A model generated the notes under the pieces. It saw only the letters and a program-made list of their open reading frames with translations, was not told the origin of the DNA and searched no databases. Shown in pieces: positions 24,401 to 37,380 of a stretch of 64,000 nucleotides of DNA (position 1 is its first letter; each line of letters opens with the position of its first letter). Location of the stretch: positions 1-64,000 of the forward strand of contig JAUCBJ010002028.1 of assembly GCA_032718475.1 (NCBI GenBank), written 5' to 3'. The DNA is from Nemertoderma westbladi. Lineage: Eukaryota; Animalia; Xenacoelomorpha. Made by a program: the position numbers and the translations under genes.

Positions 24401-26260
24401 GTACCAGTACCTAAGATGCCTAAAGGGCTGGCGCATGTGCTATGCCGGGTACCAGTACCTAAGATGCTGATAGGGCTGGCGCAGAAATGTGATATGCTGG
24501 GTACCAGTACCTAAGATGCCGATAGGGCTGGTGCAGAAATGTGCTATGCTGGGTACCAGAACCTAAGATGCTGATAGGGCTGGTGCAGAAATGTGCTATG
24601 CTGGGTACCAGTACCTAAGATGCTGATAGGGCTGGCGCAGAAATGTGCTACGCCGGGCACCATTACCTAAGATGCTGATTGGGCTGGCGCAGAAATGTGC
24701 TACGCCGGTTACCAGTACCTAAGATGCCTAAAGGGCTCGCGCATGTGCTACGCCGGGTACCAGTGCCTAAGATGCTGATAGGGCTGGCGCAGAAATGTAC
24801 GACACCAGGTACCAACCAGTACCTAAGATGCTGATAGGGCTAGCGCATAAATGGGCTACGCCGGGTACCAGTACCTAAGATGCTGATTGGGCTGGTGCAG
24901 AAATATGCTACGCCGGGTACCAGTACCTAAGATGCTGATAGGGCTGGCGCAGAAATGTGCTACGTCGGGTACCAGTACCTAAGATGCTGATAGGGCTGGC
25001 GCAGAAATGTGCTACGCTGGGTACCAGTACCTAAGATGCTGATAGGGCTGGCGCAGAAATGCGCCACGCCAGGTACCAGTACCTAAGATGCTGATAGGGC
25101 TGGCGCAGAAATGTGCTGTGCTGGGTACCAGTACCTAAGATGCCGATAGGGCTGGCGCATGTGCTATGCCGGGTACCAGTACCTAAGATGCTGATAGGGC
25201 TGGCGCAGAAATGTGCTACACCAGGTACCAACCAGTACCTAAGATGCTGATTGGGCTAGCGCATAAATTTGCTATGCCGGTTACCAGTACCTAAGATGCC
25301 TAAAGGGCTGGCGCATGTGCTACGCCGGGTACCAGTGCCTAAGATGCTGATCGGGCTGGCGCAGAAATGTACTACACCAGGTACCAACCAGTACCTAAGA
25401 TGCTGATAGGGCTAGCGCATAAATGTGCTACGCCGGGTACCAGTACCTAAGATGCTGATTGGGCTGGTGCAGAAATGTGCTACACCAGGTACCAGTACCT
25501 AAGATGCCTAAAGGGCTGGCGCATGTGCTATGCCGGGTACCAGTACCTAAGATGCTGATAGGGCTGGCGCAGAAATGTGATATGCTGGGTACCAGTACCT
25601 AAGATGCCGATAGGGCTGGTGCAGAAATGTGCTATGCTGGGTACCAGAACCTAAGATGCTGATAGGGCTGGTGCAGAAATGTGCTATGCTGGGTACCAGT
25701 ACCTAAGATGCTGATAGGGCTGGCGCAGAAATGTGCTACGCCGGGCACCATTACCTAAGATGCTGATTGGGCTGGCGCAGAAATGTGCTACGCCGGTTAC
25801 CAGTACCTAAGATGCCTAAAGGGCTGGCGCATGTGCTACGCCGGGTACCAGTGCCTAAGATGCTGATAGGGCTGGCGCAGAAATGTACGACACCAGGTAC
25901 CAACCAGTACCTAAGATGCTGATAGGGCTAGCGCATAAATGGGCTACGCCGGGTACCAGTACCTAAGATGCTGATTGGGCTGGTGCAGAAATATGCTACA
26001 CCAGGTACCAGTACCTAAGATGCCTAAAGGGCTGGCGCATGTGCTATGCCGGGTACCAGTACCTAAGATGCTGATAGGGCTGGCGCAGAAATGTGCTACA
26101 CCAGGTACCAACCAGTACCTAAGATGCTGATTGGGCTAGCGCATAAATGTGCTACGCCGGGTACCAGTACCTAAGATGCTGATTGGGCTGGTGCAGAAAT
26201 GTGCTACACCAGGTACCAGTACCTAAGATGCCTAAAGGGCTGGTGCATGTGCTATACCGG
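21481..26260. repeat. 52-bp satellite array (~90 units) with higher-order structure
   Basis: Unit gtaccagtacctaagatgctgatagggctggcgcagaaatgtgctacgccgg; diagnostic variants recur at 516- and 1088-bp spacing. Confidence 0.97.
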
Positions 26261-26633
26261 CGCGAAGATTGGACACGGGAGAAGTTCGCTGCGTACCTTA
26301 TAGGACTAGTGTTCGATGACTATAAGGGTGGAGTAGGCCCTAATGTACTGTAGTAGTAGTAAACAGTGTTGGCCTATGGGAGGTATTATTAAAATTAAAG
26401 TAACTTACAATCTGAGCGTAATATGTACCTGTGTTTGATTACTACTACTACTAGGTCGAGCGAACTCGGACAGTGGAAATGAGATCCTTCCAGGCTTCCC
26501 GATTCTCCATAGTTGTCGCAATTTCGTTTCTCCTAAGTTCAGTATCCCTTTCAAGTTGATCTATATATATTATGGCCGGTTGTCCACGACTACGCTTTCC
26601 ATGAGTTGGTTGTCAGAAAAGTAGAAAGCCCAA

Positions 26634-27490
26634 GGGGGGGGGGGGGGGGGGGGGGGGGGGGTGTCGAATCCACCCCCATCTGTTGTTTTTTAGATTCTAT
26701 ATCAAGATCAAGGGAACTCCAAATTCCATGTAATTTCCTCAAATTTATCAGGGATCATTATGAAAAAAACTAGAAATTCACACGACCTGTTGTTTTCAAA
26801 ATATAAGGAAGCTGTGACACCTATGTCAGCACTTTCCAGGACTGAAATTTCACATTTCAGTTTCTTTGGGGTAACTTCACTCTATGGTGAAATAAATCGT
26901 GAAAATTCGGTTATTTTGAACACCGAACCCATTGAAAACAAATACGGGTAAAATTTCGTGTTGAAATTTTGGAATTTTAAAAAGGACCACAAGAGTACCA
27001 AAAGTGCAAGTAATGTGAAATTTCAAATTTTGTAATAAGATACGTCAATATCCTCACCCATACTGAGGTTTTCGTATGTGCTGATTTCATTGGTGACAAT
27101 TATAAGACGCTGTAGTTACCCAAAATTGCTCGAAAATGAAAAGATCCCCTACTAGAACTTTTCAAATATATAATTTTCAAATAAACTACTTGTTTCAGTT
27201 AACTTATATCCAATGTCGTATATATCGGTGATATTGGGTTATTTTGAACCCTGAACCCATTTATATCAAGATTGTGTATAATTCTATGTCAAAATTCGGA
27301 ATTTTTAAGAAGCACCACAATAGCACGAAAAGTGCAAGTAGTAAAATGCGAAAAAATTTATTTCGCAATTGCGGAAAAACTTAAATTGCAGTGAAAAAAA
27401 TAGACAACGGATTTGGAATCAGCGTGGTTGTTGTAAGCGGATTCAATTCCATGCACTACCCACCAAAAATGGGATTAGTGGCATTTTACC
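26634..27490. mobile_element. Probable non-autonomous DNA transposon fragment with ~330-bp internal repeat
   Basis: Poly-G followed by gtgtcgaatccaccccc resembles the subterminal hairpin at 57325-57362; gttattttgaac.c.gaacccatt and aaagtgcaagta repeat ~330 bp apart. Confidence 0.45.
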
Positions 27491-27500
27491 AATATTGTTG

Positions 27501-28020
27501 GTGATGTGAGATTACCAATAATAATCTCACCTCATAACCAACTGGGGCGATACATGCTGTAAGCCACAGAGAGACGTGAGAGGTCAAACCACCTCAGAGG
27601 GACAAACAAGCTAGTAAGGCTAGCGGGAACAGGGAGTGGCGAGGTGACAATTAATCAGGTTAAGCCAATAGTGGGCGGGAAAGCACATTGGGGGTGAATA
27701 GAGCGCATCTATTGGATATTAAGGCCGCCCTGTAGTGTAGGACTAATGTAATATTAAGTGTCAATGATATAACCGTTATGATTACTGATTTACTTGGTTC
27801 TCCTTATAGTTGTGGAACCAGAATCGTTTTGACCATCGTCACTAACCGCTGTATTGCATGCTGTTATATTCAGACTGTGCTATTATCGATTACTGCCATT
27901 ACTGCATTATTAATATTTAGTTATTCAGTAACTCAGTTATTTTGAACGACCTTCGGCCCATAGATCCAACTCACATACCGGTCGGGAGCTAATACTGCCA
28001 ACTCCATCAGCCCCATCACA
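27501..28020 (+). mobile_element. Candidate solo LTR
   Basis: gtgatg...catcaca inverted ends (first T missing), flanked by GTTG on both sides (27497-27500, 28021-28024); CCAAT and GC boxes at 27664-27680. Confidence 0.45.
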
Positions 28021-28030
28021 GTTGTATTGT

Positions 28031-29000
28031 TTACAAAAGTGTATTTGCATGTAAATCATCTTGATCCCCCGCTGGGAGTGGATCCAAACCCGGTATCCCG
28101 GCAGACCCACTGTGTCCCTTCCCACCTTGGCTCTTGCCCGTAACTTTCCATCCTTCCAGTTCTCCCGGTCTCTTCCTCGCGAAATCGCCCTCAGAGCCCG
28201 CTGGCATGGGCATCGCTTGCAATCCTGATGTCGACTGTTTCGGCAATTCTTCCATCCATCCTAGCTCCTCCCCAGAAACTCGCCCGAGCTCCCTGATCCC
28301 CACCGTAACTCGTCCAAGTTCTGGGCCTCAAACCCGTAGTCCTCTCCTCTAGCTTCCGCCTCTCTTTCGTCTGCCTCCCTCCTTTCTCGTCTGGCGATTT
28401 CTTCCAATCGCTTCTCCTCTAGTCTATCCGCCTCCAGCTTCTCCCACCTCTGATATGGTGTATCCACCTCCCTGTCTAGTAGATGTCGGCAGTTGTAGTA
28501 TACCGACTCGTCCTTCAGCCCCGGGTGGTCTGCCAGACCTTTGAAGGCCACCTTGAAGGCTCTTCTGTAGTTCAGGGGTGATCCTGACAGCAGAAACGCC
28601 GTTGGCTCTCTTCCGATAACCACGGCCATGAATAGGTTTATTAAACCTATCATTATCCAATCCTCCTGTAGTATATATCGCTTCTGATATATCTTTATCG
28701 CTCCTCTCCGGAACTGATACACCTCCTGTTTCCTTGGCCTCGCTCCCCACTTCAGCGAGTTTGCCAGCTCCGCTCCGTACTCCTCTCTGAATTAACCCCA
28801 GTCCATCGGCTTGTGGCAGACGAGCCCCATGAGCTGGCCCATCGCCACTGCTCCACAATGTCCTGTGTTCTCTACCAATCCCAACCCGTCTGGCCCTGTC
28901 ATGGCCATGTAGACCGCTTGCATGTCCAGGAGGTTGGGGGTCTCCGGTCCGGCCTATCTGGTATGGCCTCGTCTTTACTTCGCCAGCAGTGCCCACTGAA
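28031..29000 (-). pseudogene. Degenerate GC-rich ORF of unknown family
   Basis: The frame of 28261-28722 extends upstream past one TAA; charged coiled-coil segment EADRLEEKRLEEIARRERREADEREAE; no motif recognised. Confidence 0.35.
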
Positions 29001-29039
29001 TCTTAATCTGCGTTCACGGAGGGTGGTTGATACAGGTGG

Positions 29040-31530
29040 TATTGTACCCCCAGGTCTTCACCCTTTGTGGCCGTCCTCATTGTGTAATCCAGCACAATTA
29101 CAAATAGTAATGGTGCTAATGTGTCACCTTGCAGTACGCCAGCCAGGATTGAGAAAAACTCAGTTTCACCATCTGGTGAGAGTACCTGCGCTTCTGTGTC
29201 ACAATATAACAATCCAATGCCAGCAACAATTACTTCTGGTATTCCATAAGCTCTTAGGATTTTAAGCATTTTACCTCTATGGATGGAGTCGAATGCCTTC
29301 TTGAAGTCCACAAAAGTCATGACAGCGGGGAGATTCTTTGACTTAATTCATTCAATCAGTCTCCGCAGTGCAAGTATCTGAGCTATTGTTGATCTACTTG
29401 GTCGAAATCCGTTTTGGCTCTTACGCAGCAGTTTCTCTATGTGAGGCCTAATCCTATATAGAATCATTTTATTGTATATTTTGGCAGCTACCACAGGCAG
29501 ACAGATCCCACAATAGTTTGTTGGTATGCCGAGGTCTCCTTTCTTGGGGAGTCTTTAGTTGACCTTTAGTCCAAATTGGTGGTGGCTTTTCCCCTTTTAA
29601 CATCCAGTTGCAAACATTCAATAATGGTCTGTTTGTTTAGCACTCCGGTTTTCCATACCTCCGCTGGGATTTCATCTAATCCACTCGCTTTATTATTGGA
29701 CATGCTTTTAATGCTTCTTTGGAGTTTGGCAGGTGTGAAGTCCCCTGTTTCTATAGGTAGTGTCTTGTCATATATTTTCCTTGTAGGGCTGACCTCACAA
29801 GCAAGATGCTGAAGTGATTTTTCCACTTCCCAATACGTTCTTCAGGACTATCGGCTTTGAGGCACCCCTTTGCACAACTTTTCCGACCAGATACCTCATT
29901 TACAGTTTGCCAGATAAGTCTTGATTGTTGCTGTATGTGAGCAGTTGTAATTGCTTCAGTTTTATCCTGTATGTACTTTTCATGGCTGATGTTGTAGGCC
30001 AATATAAGATCGTCCTTAGCTTTCTCAACCTTGTTAATGTTTTCGGTTGTTGGTTGTTCTGTTTAAACTTTGTAGGCTATCTTAAGATCTTCTCTCTTAC
30101 AAGTAACCTCAGAGTTTTGCCATGGCACATATTGTTTTCGTTTGGGTTTCTGGGGGATATGCCTCTTAGCTGATTCCTTGTGGGCTGTTATTATATTCTG
30201 GTATATTGAATTGGTGGATTGGTCTTCATCCATTGACTGAAGTGCTTCAAAGCGGTTTTGAACTTCTACTGTATAAGCATCCTTTACAGCATTGTCAGTT
30301 CTGAGTTTTTCCCAGTCATATTTGATTTGCTTGCTTGTCCTGGGTTTGCTGGCTCTCAAACTGAGTCTGATCTCTGCAGTCACAATTCTGTGGTCCGAAC
30401 CAATTAGGTTGAACGAGCTGTATGCCTCGCAGTTGATCATGCTGTTTCTCCACTTTTTGTTTATGGGGATGTAATCCAGTTGTGCTTTGGTTCCATTAGG
30501 GTATTGAAAGGTCCATAGCTTCCCCTTACTCTTTTCGAATGTTTTGTTTGTTGGTATCAATTCACATTCTTCCATTAGGTCTAAAAGTAAGTACCCATTT
30601 CTGTTAGGACTGGTGTTATAGGTGTATCCCTTGATGTCTTCTGGGCCAATTTGGGCATTCAGGTCACCAGCAATGACTTTAACATTGTGTTTCGGAATGT
30701 CCTTTATAAGTCTAGCCAGTTCTTCATAAAACTTGACTGCTTGTTCTGGCTCCGAGGCATTGGTTGGACTGTAGCAACATATAACTGTTGCCTTGGGATT
30801 CCCATCAAATGTTGCCATCATAACCCTGGAATTTATAGATTCGATGTTGTTTAGGGTCTTAAGTGCAAATGGGCTTAGCAGAATTCCTACTCCACCAATT
30901 GATGCATTGGCCGAGTTTCTTACTGCTGAGCTTGTTACTAACGTCCATCCATTTCCAATGTCATTGTACTTCATGGCAGTGTCTTCATGACAAATCCGAT
31001 GTTCTTGGATGCAGATGATGTCAATGTTATATTCCATTGCCATAGCGACCATGTCACCCTGTTTGGTATGTGCTTTCAGTGTGCGTGCGTTCATTGTAGC
31101 AATCTTTAGTGTCTTTTTACATTTCAACAGGTTGGTTCTTCTTTCTTCTCGGTCTTATGTTCCAGTAGCAAATTTATCGACCCCAGCCTGGTGTACCACT
31201 GGGGGACGCGGTCCTTGTTGACCCGGGCGACGACCGAGCCGGTATTTCTCCCGGAGGGTTCTCATACTCATATCTTTCAGTTGCGGGAGTAAACCTCTTG
31301 TGGTCGCAACTCCTACAAGTGTCTTCGCAGTAGATCGCCGTTGGTTGATTACCTTCCGCCGACCTTGTCAGCATGTCTAGTCGTTGGTTGATTACCTCCC
31401 GCCTATCCATGGCCTACAGCCCTGCTGCCGACTGTAGGGGTCCTTTTGTTACACCCTGAACCAAGTGTGCCTCCTGGGTTAGGTTACCTAACACTGGTAG
31501 AGGAGTATCCAGTATAGACAGGGTGGGGCG
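29040..31530 (-). mobile_element. RTE-clade LINE, 3'-truncated, EN intact and RT frameshifted
   Basis: EN at 30063-31127 (KIATMNARTL, IQEHR, CYSPT, GDLNA, LDYI, GSDHR); RT pieces NKASGLDEIPAEVWK, FVDFKKAFDSIHR, GVLQGDTLAP; stops before YADD. Confidence 0.92.
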
Positions 31531-31559
31531 TGTGTTTGATTACTAGAAGGCTAATGTTT

Positions 31560-31703
31560 AAAGAAGACGCATGGAACCAGAAAGTGGTTGTGTAAAAATG
31601 TAAAATTACTAATGAAGTAAAATTTCTTCCAAAAAATTGGGTAGGCGAGACCCACGTTTGGGTAGGCGGCGCCTACCTTCGCCTTATACTGGCTAAGGGC
31701 CTG
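31560..31703. mobile_element. hAT-like MITE end (single terminus)
   Basis: Ends ctggctaagggcctg (reverse complement CAGGCCCTTAGCCAG) with gggtaggcg subterminal repeats. Confidence 0.45.
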
Positions 31704-31704
31704 G

Positions 31705-31960
31705 CGGTAAGGATAATTACCCGTTATACAGTTACTGTACACTTTATTTTATTTGTAAGGATTATTACCCGATATACAGTTGCTGTACACTGGTACACGA
31801 TATTTTATTACGGTAGGTATTTACTCCATATAAAGTTACTGCCTATACTTTATTTTATTACGGTAAGGATAATTACCCATTATACAGTTACTGTACACTT
31901 TATTTTATTACGGTAAAGATTATTACCAGATATACAGTTGCTGTACACTTTATTTTATTA
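31705..31960. repeat. ~50-bp tandem repeat, about 5 copies
   Basis: cggtaaggat(a/t)attaccc...tatacagtt(a/g)ctgtacactttattttatta repeated. Confidence 0.85.
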
Positions 31961-32026
31961 CTTAATTCTTTAATAAAACGTACAGCGATATAGTGGTACA
32001 AAATAAATTGAACTATAGTATTTTAC

Positions 32027-32948
32027 CGGTCCGACGAATCTGTACAAAAAAGTACAAAAGAGTACAATAAAGTGCAAAAATAGTATAAAAGAGTGCAAAA
32101 ATAGTACAAAAGAGTACAAACGAATGAGAAACGCATACAAAACGTGTATACCAGTATGTAGTCTACACTACACTACACTTGTATATAAATATAAGTAATT
32201 GTATGCAAATGCAACGGGACCGAAATATGCGCTGCTACAGTCTGACAGTGTCAATCACTAGCGGCCTTGGTTCTGTGGTCAGTCAGTCAGTATGAAATGA
32301 TTGACAGAACTTTGATTCATGTAGATTTTGACTGGCTTACAAGTAGAAATAGGCTACAGTTCGTATAATACAATATAATGCAATACTATGCAGTGGGTAG
32401 ATAAAACTCCTATAACTGAGACTCTAAATTTAGGTCATAGTCTTAAAGTAGCCCATATAGGCCTACTGAAGGATAGACTGTATGCACTGTACATTATGCT
32501 GTAATGTAGGCTATGTATGATGTATGTCTGTATGTACGCCTCTATCTGCAACTTTATTGAGTTCTCCCTCTGCAATTTTGCGGGCTTTGGACCGTTTTTT
32601 GTGTTTTTTGAACACAAAAGGCTGCATTAAAACTCATAAGATTGTATTGTAATAGGGGCCTACTCTCTGACTGCTAGACAGCTAGATCAGCCCCCGCTCA
32701 ATGCATGGCTTGCCGCACAATCAGACAATGCTTTGTTTTATTTTGCACATCATGTGCGCCCTTCTAAACGATTTGAACTATACTCGGATACACGTTTTGC
32801 AAGCGTTTCTCATTCGTTTGTATTTTTTTGTACTATTTTTGCACTCTTTTGTACTATTTTTGCACTTTCAGACTTTATTGTACTCTTTTGTATTCTTTTG
32901 TACTATATTGTACTATTTTGTATTTTTTTGTACAGATTCGTCGGACTG
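32027..32948. mobile_element. MITE with ~130-bp TIRs and 6-bp TSD
   Basis: c(g/a)gtccgacgaatctgtacaaaaaa ... tttttgtacagattcgtcggactg; TTTTAC at 32021-32026 and 32949-32954. Confidence 0.85.
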
Positions 32949-33461
32949 TTTTACTATATTGCTTCCATAGTTACTGAAATTCAAATTACTGTACGCTCCA
33001 ACTCCTGATGCTGCCTTACTCAATGTTAAATAATTTAGTGTTATCGAATATTTATTACGTAACTATAGACAGAGAGAGCCGCTTAACAACATAAACCAAT
33101 ATTGGATATTGCTGTATTGAGTTCCGTTTTGGGGTGCGCCACACAGACACTAAATTTGCCATAACTTTGAGTGCGTGCATGGATTTTGCTCAAATTACTT
33201 GCAAACCTTTTCTACGCCAATGCCCTTTGAACTGAACACATTTAATAAAACTTAAGAAATTCCACCAAAAATATTTTGTTTTATTTTTTTCGCCAGTAAA
33301 AAAAGTAAAATCAATTCAATCCTATGGCAGTATGGGTTACTTTTTTTCCCTAGAAAAAGTGCAACTTTTTCTCCTGATTTTTGTCCAATTTTGAGCGAAA
33401 AAGTAACAATTTAAGAATAAAATTATTACTTATTATTATTATAATTTTTAAATTAGGCCTA

Positions 33462-33637
33462 CGGTCAGACGGTATTTGGGTCAGAATTGTCCTACTGTCC
33501 TATCTCCTATGCTGGATGCGGACAATTCGGACCCGGACAATTCCAACCATGAAAATTGCAATCGAGCTCTGAGCTGCTGAGTGGGTCGGAATTGCAGAAT
33601 TGCCCGGGCAGCCGGGTCTGGAATTGTCCGTACACCG
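33462..33637. mobile_element. Small degenerate MITE with ggacaattc subterminal repeats
   Basis: cggt...accg ends; gaattgtcc and ggacaattc motifs in both orientations. Confidence 0.45.
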
Positions 33638-34967
33638 CAGCCAGCGTATCGGCAATGCCAGAATGCTGGAATGACTGAATGATAGAGATGCTGTGATTTG
33701 AATTGCTGGCGTCAGGCTGTCAGGCGTGGCACGTGCAGACTTGGCTTTGTCAGTTAGTCAGTTTGCATTGCACCAAGCTGCCAAGCCGGGGCAGGATTAT
33801 TAGGCATATTTGTACTTGGCTGCTTGGCGCCGCGTTTGGCTGTCGCTGTTCGGTGCAGAAAATAAAACTTTTCAATAGGGAGTAGGCCTATAGGCCACTA
33901 GGCTTACACACACAGAGACATAGGCTAACTGCAACTGCACTGCAGTACCAGACTGCCAGAGCTGAGCTGCCTGGCTGCAGAGTTCTGACACTGACATAAG
34001 CCTATCAGCCTATCCTATCTGCCTATGCTATAGGCCTACCATACTGCCATATACACGGTAGGTAAATAAAGCAAATCCAAACTGCCAAATGTTGTTTCTT
34101 GTCTACTTTCCTTTTAATATACAGATATAGGCCTATTGAATCACGTGACTCACATGCTGATATGCAACAGCACAGTAAAAAAACCCCATGCAGCCATGCG
34201 TAACGCATTCGTGCCACATGCCCCTTAGGGAACATACCCTTAAATAAGCTCCAAAAGTGGGTTCTTATTTAAGGAAAATGGCTCTTATTTAGGGGTTTTT
34301 GGGCCTTTTTTGGATATTTTTTCGATATAATATGCAATAACTTGTTTCAGGAAAAAATACCGCATAATTTTATTTCACAATGTAAAAGTTGGGTCTTTCT
34401 TGAACATAAAGCAAAAAACCAGAAAACATTTCACCGTCCGGTTTTTTTTCTACAAGCGTTTTAAAATTGCATCTAAAATACGACTAGTTCCTAAATAAGG
34501 GGGATTTTTTAAATTTACCTTATTTAAGATATCGAAATCGAAAATAAATACCAAAAGTCCCTAAATAAGAACTTTTTGACCTGGGTTTCTTATTTAGGAA
34601 TACAATTGTATTCCAAAATCTGCACATTCCTTAAATAAAATAAATATTCCTTATTCCTTACAGTATATGTTACACTTCTTTCATAATTCTTTGATTTATG
34701 TCAGTCTGTATATTGCTAATTGTTGGGTTAAGGATAAGGACAATGGTTGCACTGCACTCTATAAATCCTCTATAGAATATCATATCATAATGAAGTTGCT
34801 AGCACTGGCAATCTCACCTCACACGGTAGCATAGAATAGCCCATTGATATTCAAAAGAATAGCCCATCGCCCATCTGAGCGCACATACATTGTCACGTAT
34901 TTCGATGAGACATGACTCAAGTAACTGGACATCGCCGCACAGTTTCGAAAAACTAACTTGTGGTGGA

Positions 34968-36120
34968 TTGGTGGAGTGAAATAAACTTATATGTGGAAGT
35001 TGGTGGACTGAAATAAACTTACATGTGGAAGTTGGTGGAGTGAAATAAACTTACATGTTCCACATGTTCTACATGTTCCACCAACTTCCACATGTAAGTT
35101 TATTTCACTCCACCAACTTCCACATGTAAGTTTATTTCACTGCATCAACTTCCACATGTAAGTTTATTTCACTCCACCAACTTCCGCATGTAAGTTTATT
35201 TCACTCCACCAATTTCCACATGTAAGTTTATTTCACTGCACCAACTTCCACATGTAAGTTTATTTCACTCCACCAACTTCCACATGTAAGTTTATTTCAG
35301 TCCACCAACTTCCACATATAAGTTTATTTCACTCCACCAATTTCCACATGTAAGTTTATTTCACTCCATCAACTTCCACCCACATGTAAGTTTATTTCAC
35401 TCCACCAACTTCCACATGTAAGTTTATTTCAGTCCACCAACTTCCACATATAAGTTTATTTCACTCCACCAATTTCCACATGTAAGTTTATTTCACTCCA
35501 TCAACTTCCACCCACATGTAAGTTTATTTCACTCCACCAATTTCCACATGTAAGTTTATTTCACTCCACCAATTTCCACATGTAAGTTTATTTCACTCCA
35601 CCAACTTCCACATGTAAGTTTATTTCACTCCACCAACTTCCACATGTAAGTTTATTTCACTCCACCAACTTCCACATGTAAGTTTATTTCACTCCACCAA
35701 CTTCCACATGTAAGTTTATTTCACTCCACCAACTTCCACATGTAAGTTTATTTCCCTCCACTAACTTCCACCCACATGTAAGTTTATTTCACTCCACCAA
35801 CTTCCACATGTAAGTTTATTTCACTCCACCAACTTCCACATGTAAGTTTATTTCACTCCACCAACTTCCACATGTAAGTTTATTTCACTCCACCAACTTC
35901 CACATGTAAGTTTATTTCACTGCATCAACTTCCACATGTAAGTTTATTTCACTCCACCAACTTCCGCATGTAAGTTTATTTCACTCCACCAATTTCCACA
36001 TGTAAGTTTATTTCACTGCACCAACTTCCACATGTAAGTTTATTTCACTCCACCAACTTCCACATGTAAGTTTATTTCAGTCCACCAACTTCCACATATA
36101 AGTTTATTTCACTCCACCAA
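34968..36120. repeat. 32-bp minisatellite (~32 direct units) preceded by ~3 inverted units
   Basis: Unit actccaccaacttccacatgtaagtttatttc at 35079-36120; reverse-complement units at 34968-35056. Confidence 0.95.
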
Positions 36121-36635
36121 GTTGTACTTGAAAGGTGTGAAAAAAAAACCAATGTCAATGTCATGTCAATAGGCACAAAGATGGTTCCGTCGGGCAGCTG
36201 ATATACGTTATGAAGGTTAAAGATGATGACTGGATGACGTTTTTGGCTCAACTGGCTCAGGCAGCAGTGGGACACGTTCGTGGGACCTTTACGCAGCATG
36301 AAGTGAGCAAAGCCTTAGCTAGCCCTAGCTGATAGGGGCCCCACCCCATTAACATGTTGTCTTTCGTTAGTCAGAGGTCGTTCAACACAATACTCGTCTC
36401 CTTAATTTGCCTCATTGCGTTCGTTTGTTTTTATTCCAAACTTCAGATTACCGGTATTTCTAATCTTTTGACAGACTAAATACATACCAAGTTTCGTTTA
36501 ATTTCATCAAGGAATGACCGAGTTATTATTGATAAAAATTTACAACGACGACAGACAACTCGTTAATAGCACCCATATGCTAAGGTTTCGCTCACTTGAA
36601 CGTGGCTCTCCCCCACATTCAATCCGGTTCGACGC

Positions 36636-37380
36636 AGTTTGTTGCTCGTTGTTGCTCATTGCTGCTCGTTGTGCTTTATTATTTCTCGTTGTTGGTCATT
36701 GTTGCTTGTTGGTGCTCATTGTTGCTCGTTAGTTGTACTTTATTATTGCTCGTTGTACTCTATTATTGCTCGTTGTTGCTCGTTGTTGTACTTTATTATT
36801 GCTCGTTCAATCGTTGTTCCTCATTGTTGCTCGTTATTTCTTGTTGTTGTACTTTATTATTGCTCATTGTTACTCATTGTTGTTCATTGTTGCTCGTTGT
36901 TGTACTTTATTATTGCTCGTTCAGTCGTTGTTCCTCATTGTTGATCGTTGTTTCTCGTTGTTGCTCATTGTTGCTCGTTGTTGTACTTTATTATTGCTCA
37001 TTGTTGCTCGTTGTTTCTCAATGTTACTCGTTGTTCCTCATTGTTGCTCGTTGTTTCACAATGTTACTCGGTGTTGCTCATTGTTGCTCGTTCAGTCGTT
37101 GTTCATCATTATTGCTCATTGTTGTTCGTTGTTTCTCGCTGTTGCTCATTGTTGCTCGTTGTTGCTCATTGTTTCTCATTGTTGCTCAATGTTACTCGTA
37201 GTAGTCGTAGTTCTGTAGTTGCTCATTGTTACTCGTTGTTGCTCATTGTTGCTCGTTCAGTCATTGTTCCTCATTATTGCTCGTTGTTGTACTTTAGTAT
37301 TGCTCATTGTTGCTCAATGTTACTCGTTGTTGCTCATTGTTGCTCGTTGTTACTCGTTGTTGCTCGTTGTTTTGTTACTC
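36636..37380. repeat. Degenerate (ttgttgctc(a/g))n repeat, continuing at 40125-40185
   Basis: 10-bp period low-complexity tract split by the CR1 insertion. Confidence 0.9.

Noticed and set aside
21481-26260. Hammerhead ribozyme / retrozyme in the 52-bp unit (ctgatag...gaaa)
   Set aside because: Core reads CUGAUAG rather than CUGANGA, and stems II and III do not form.
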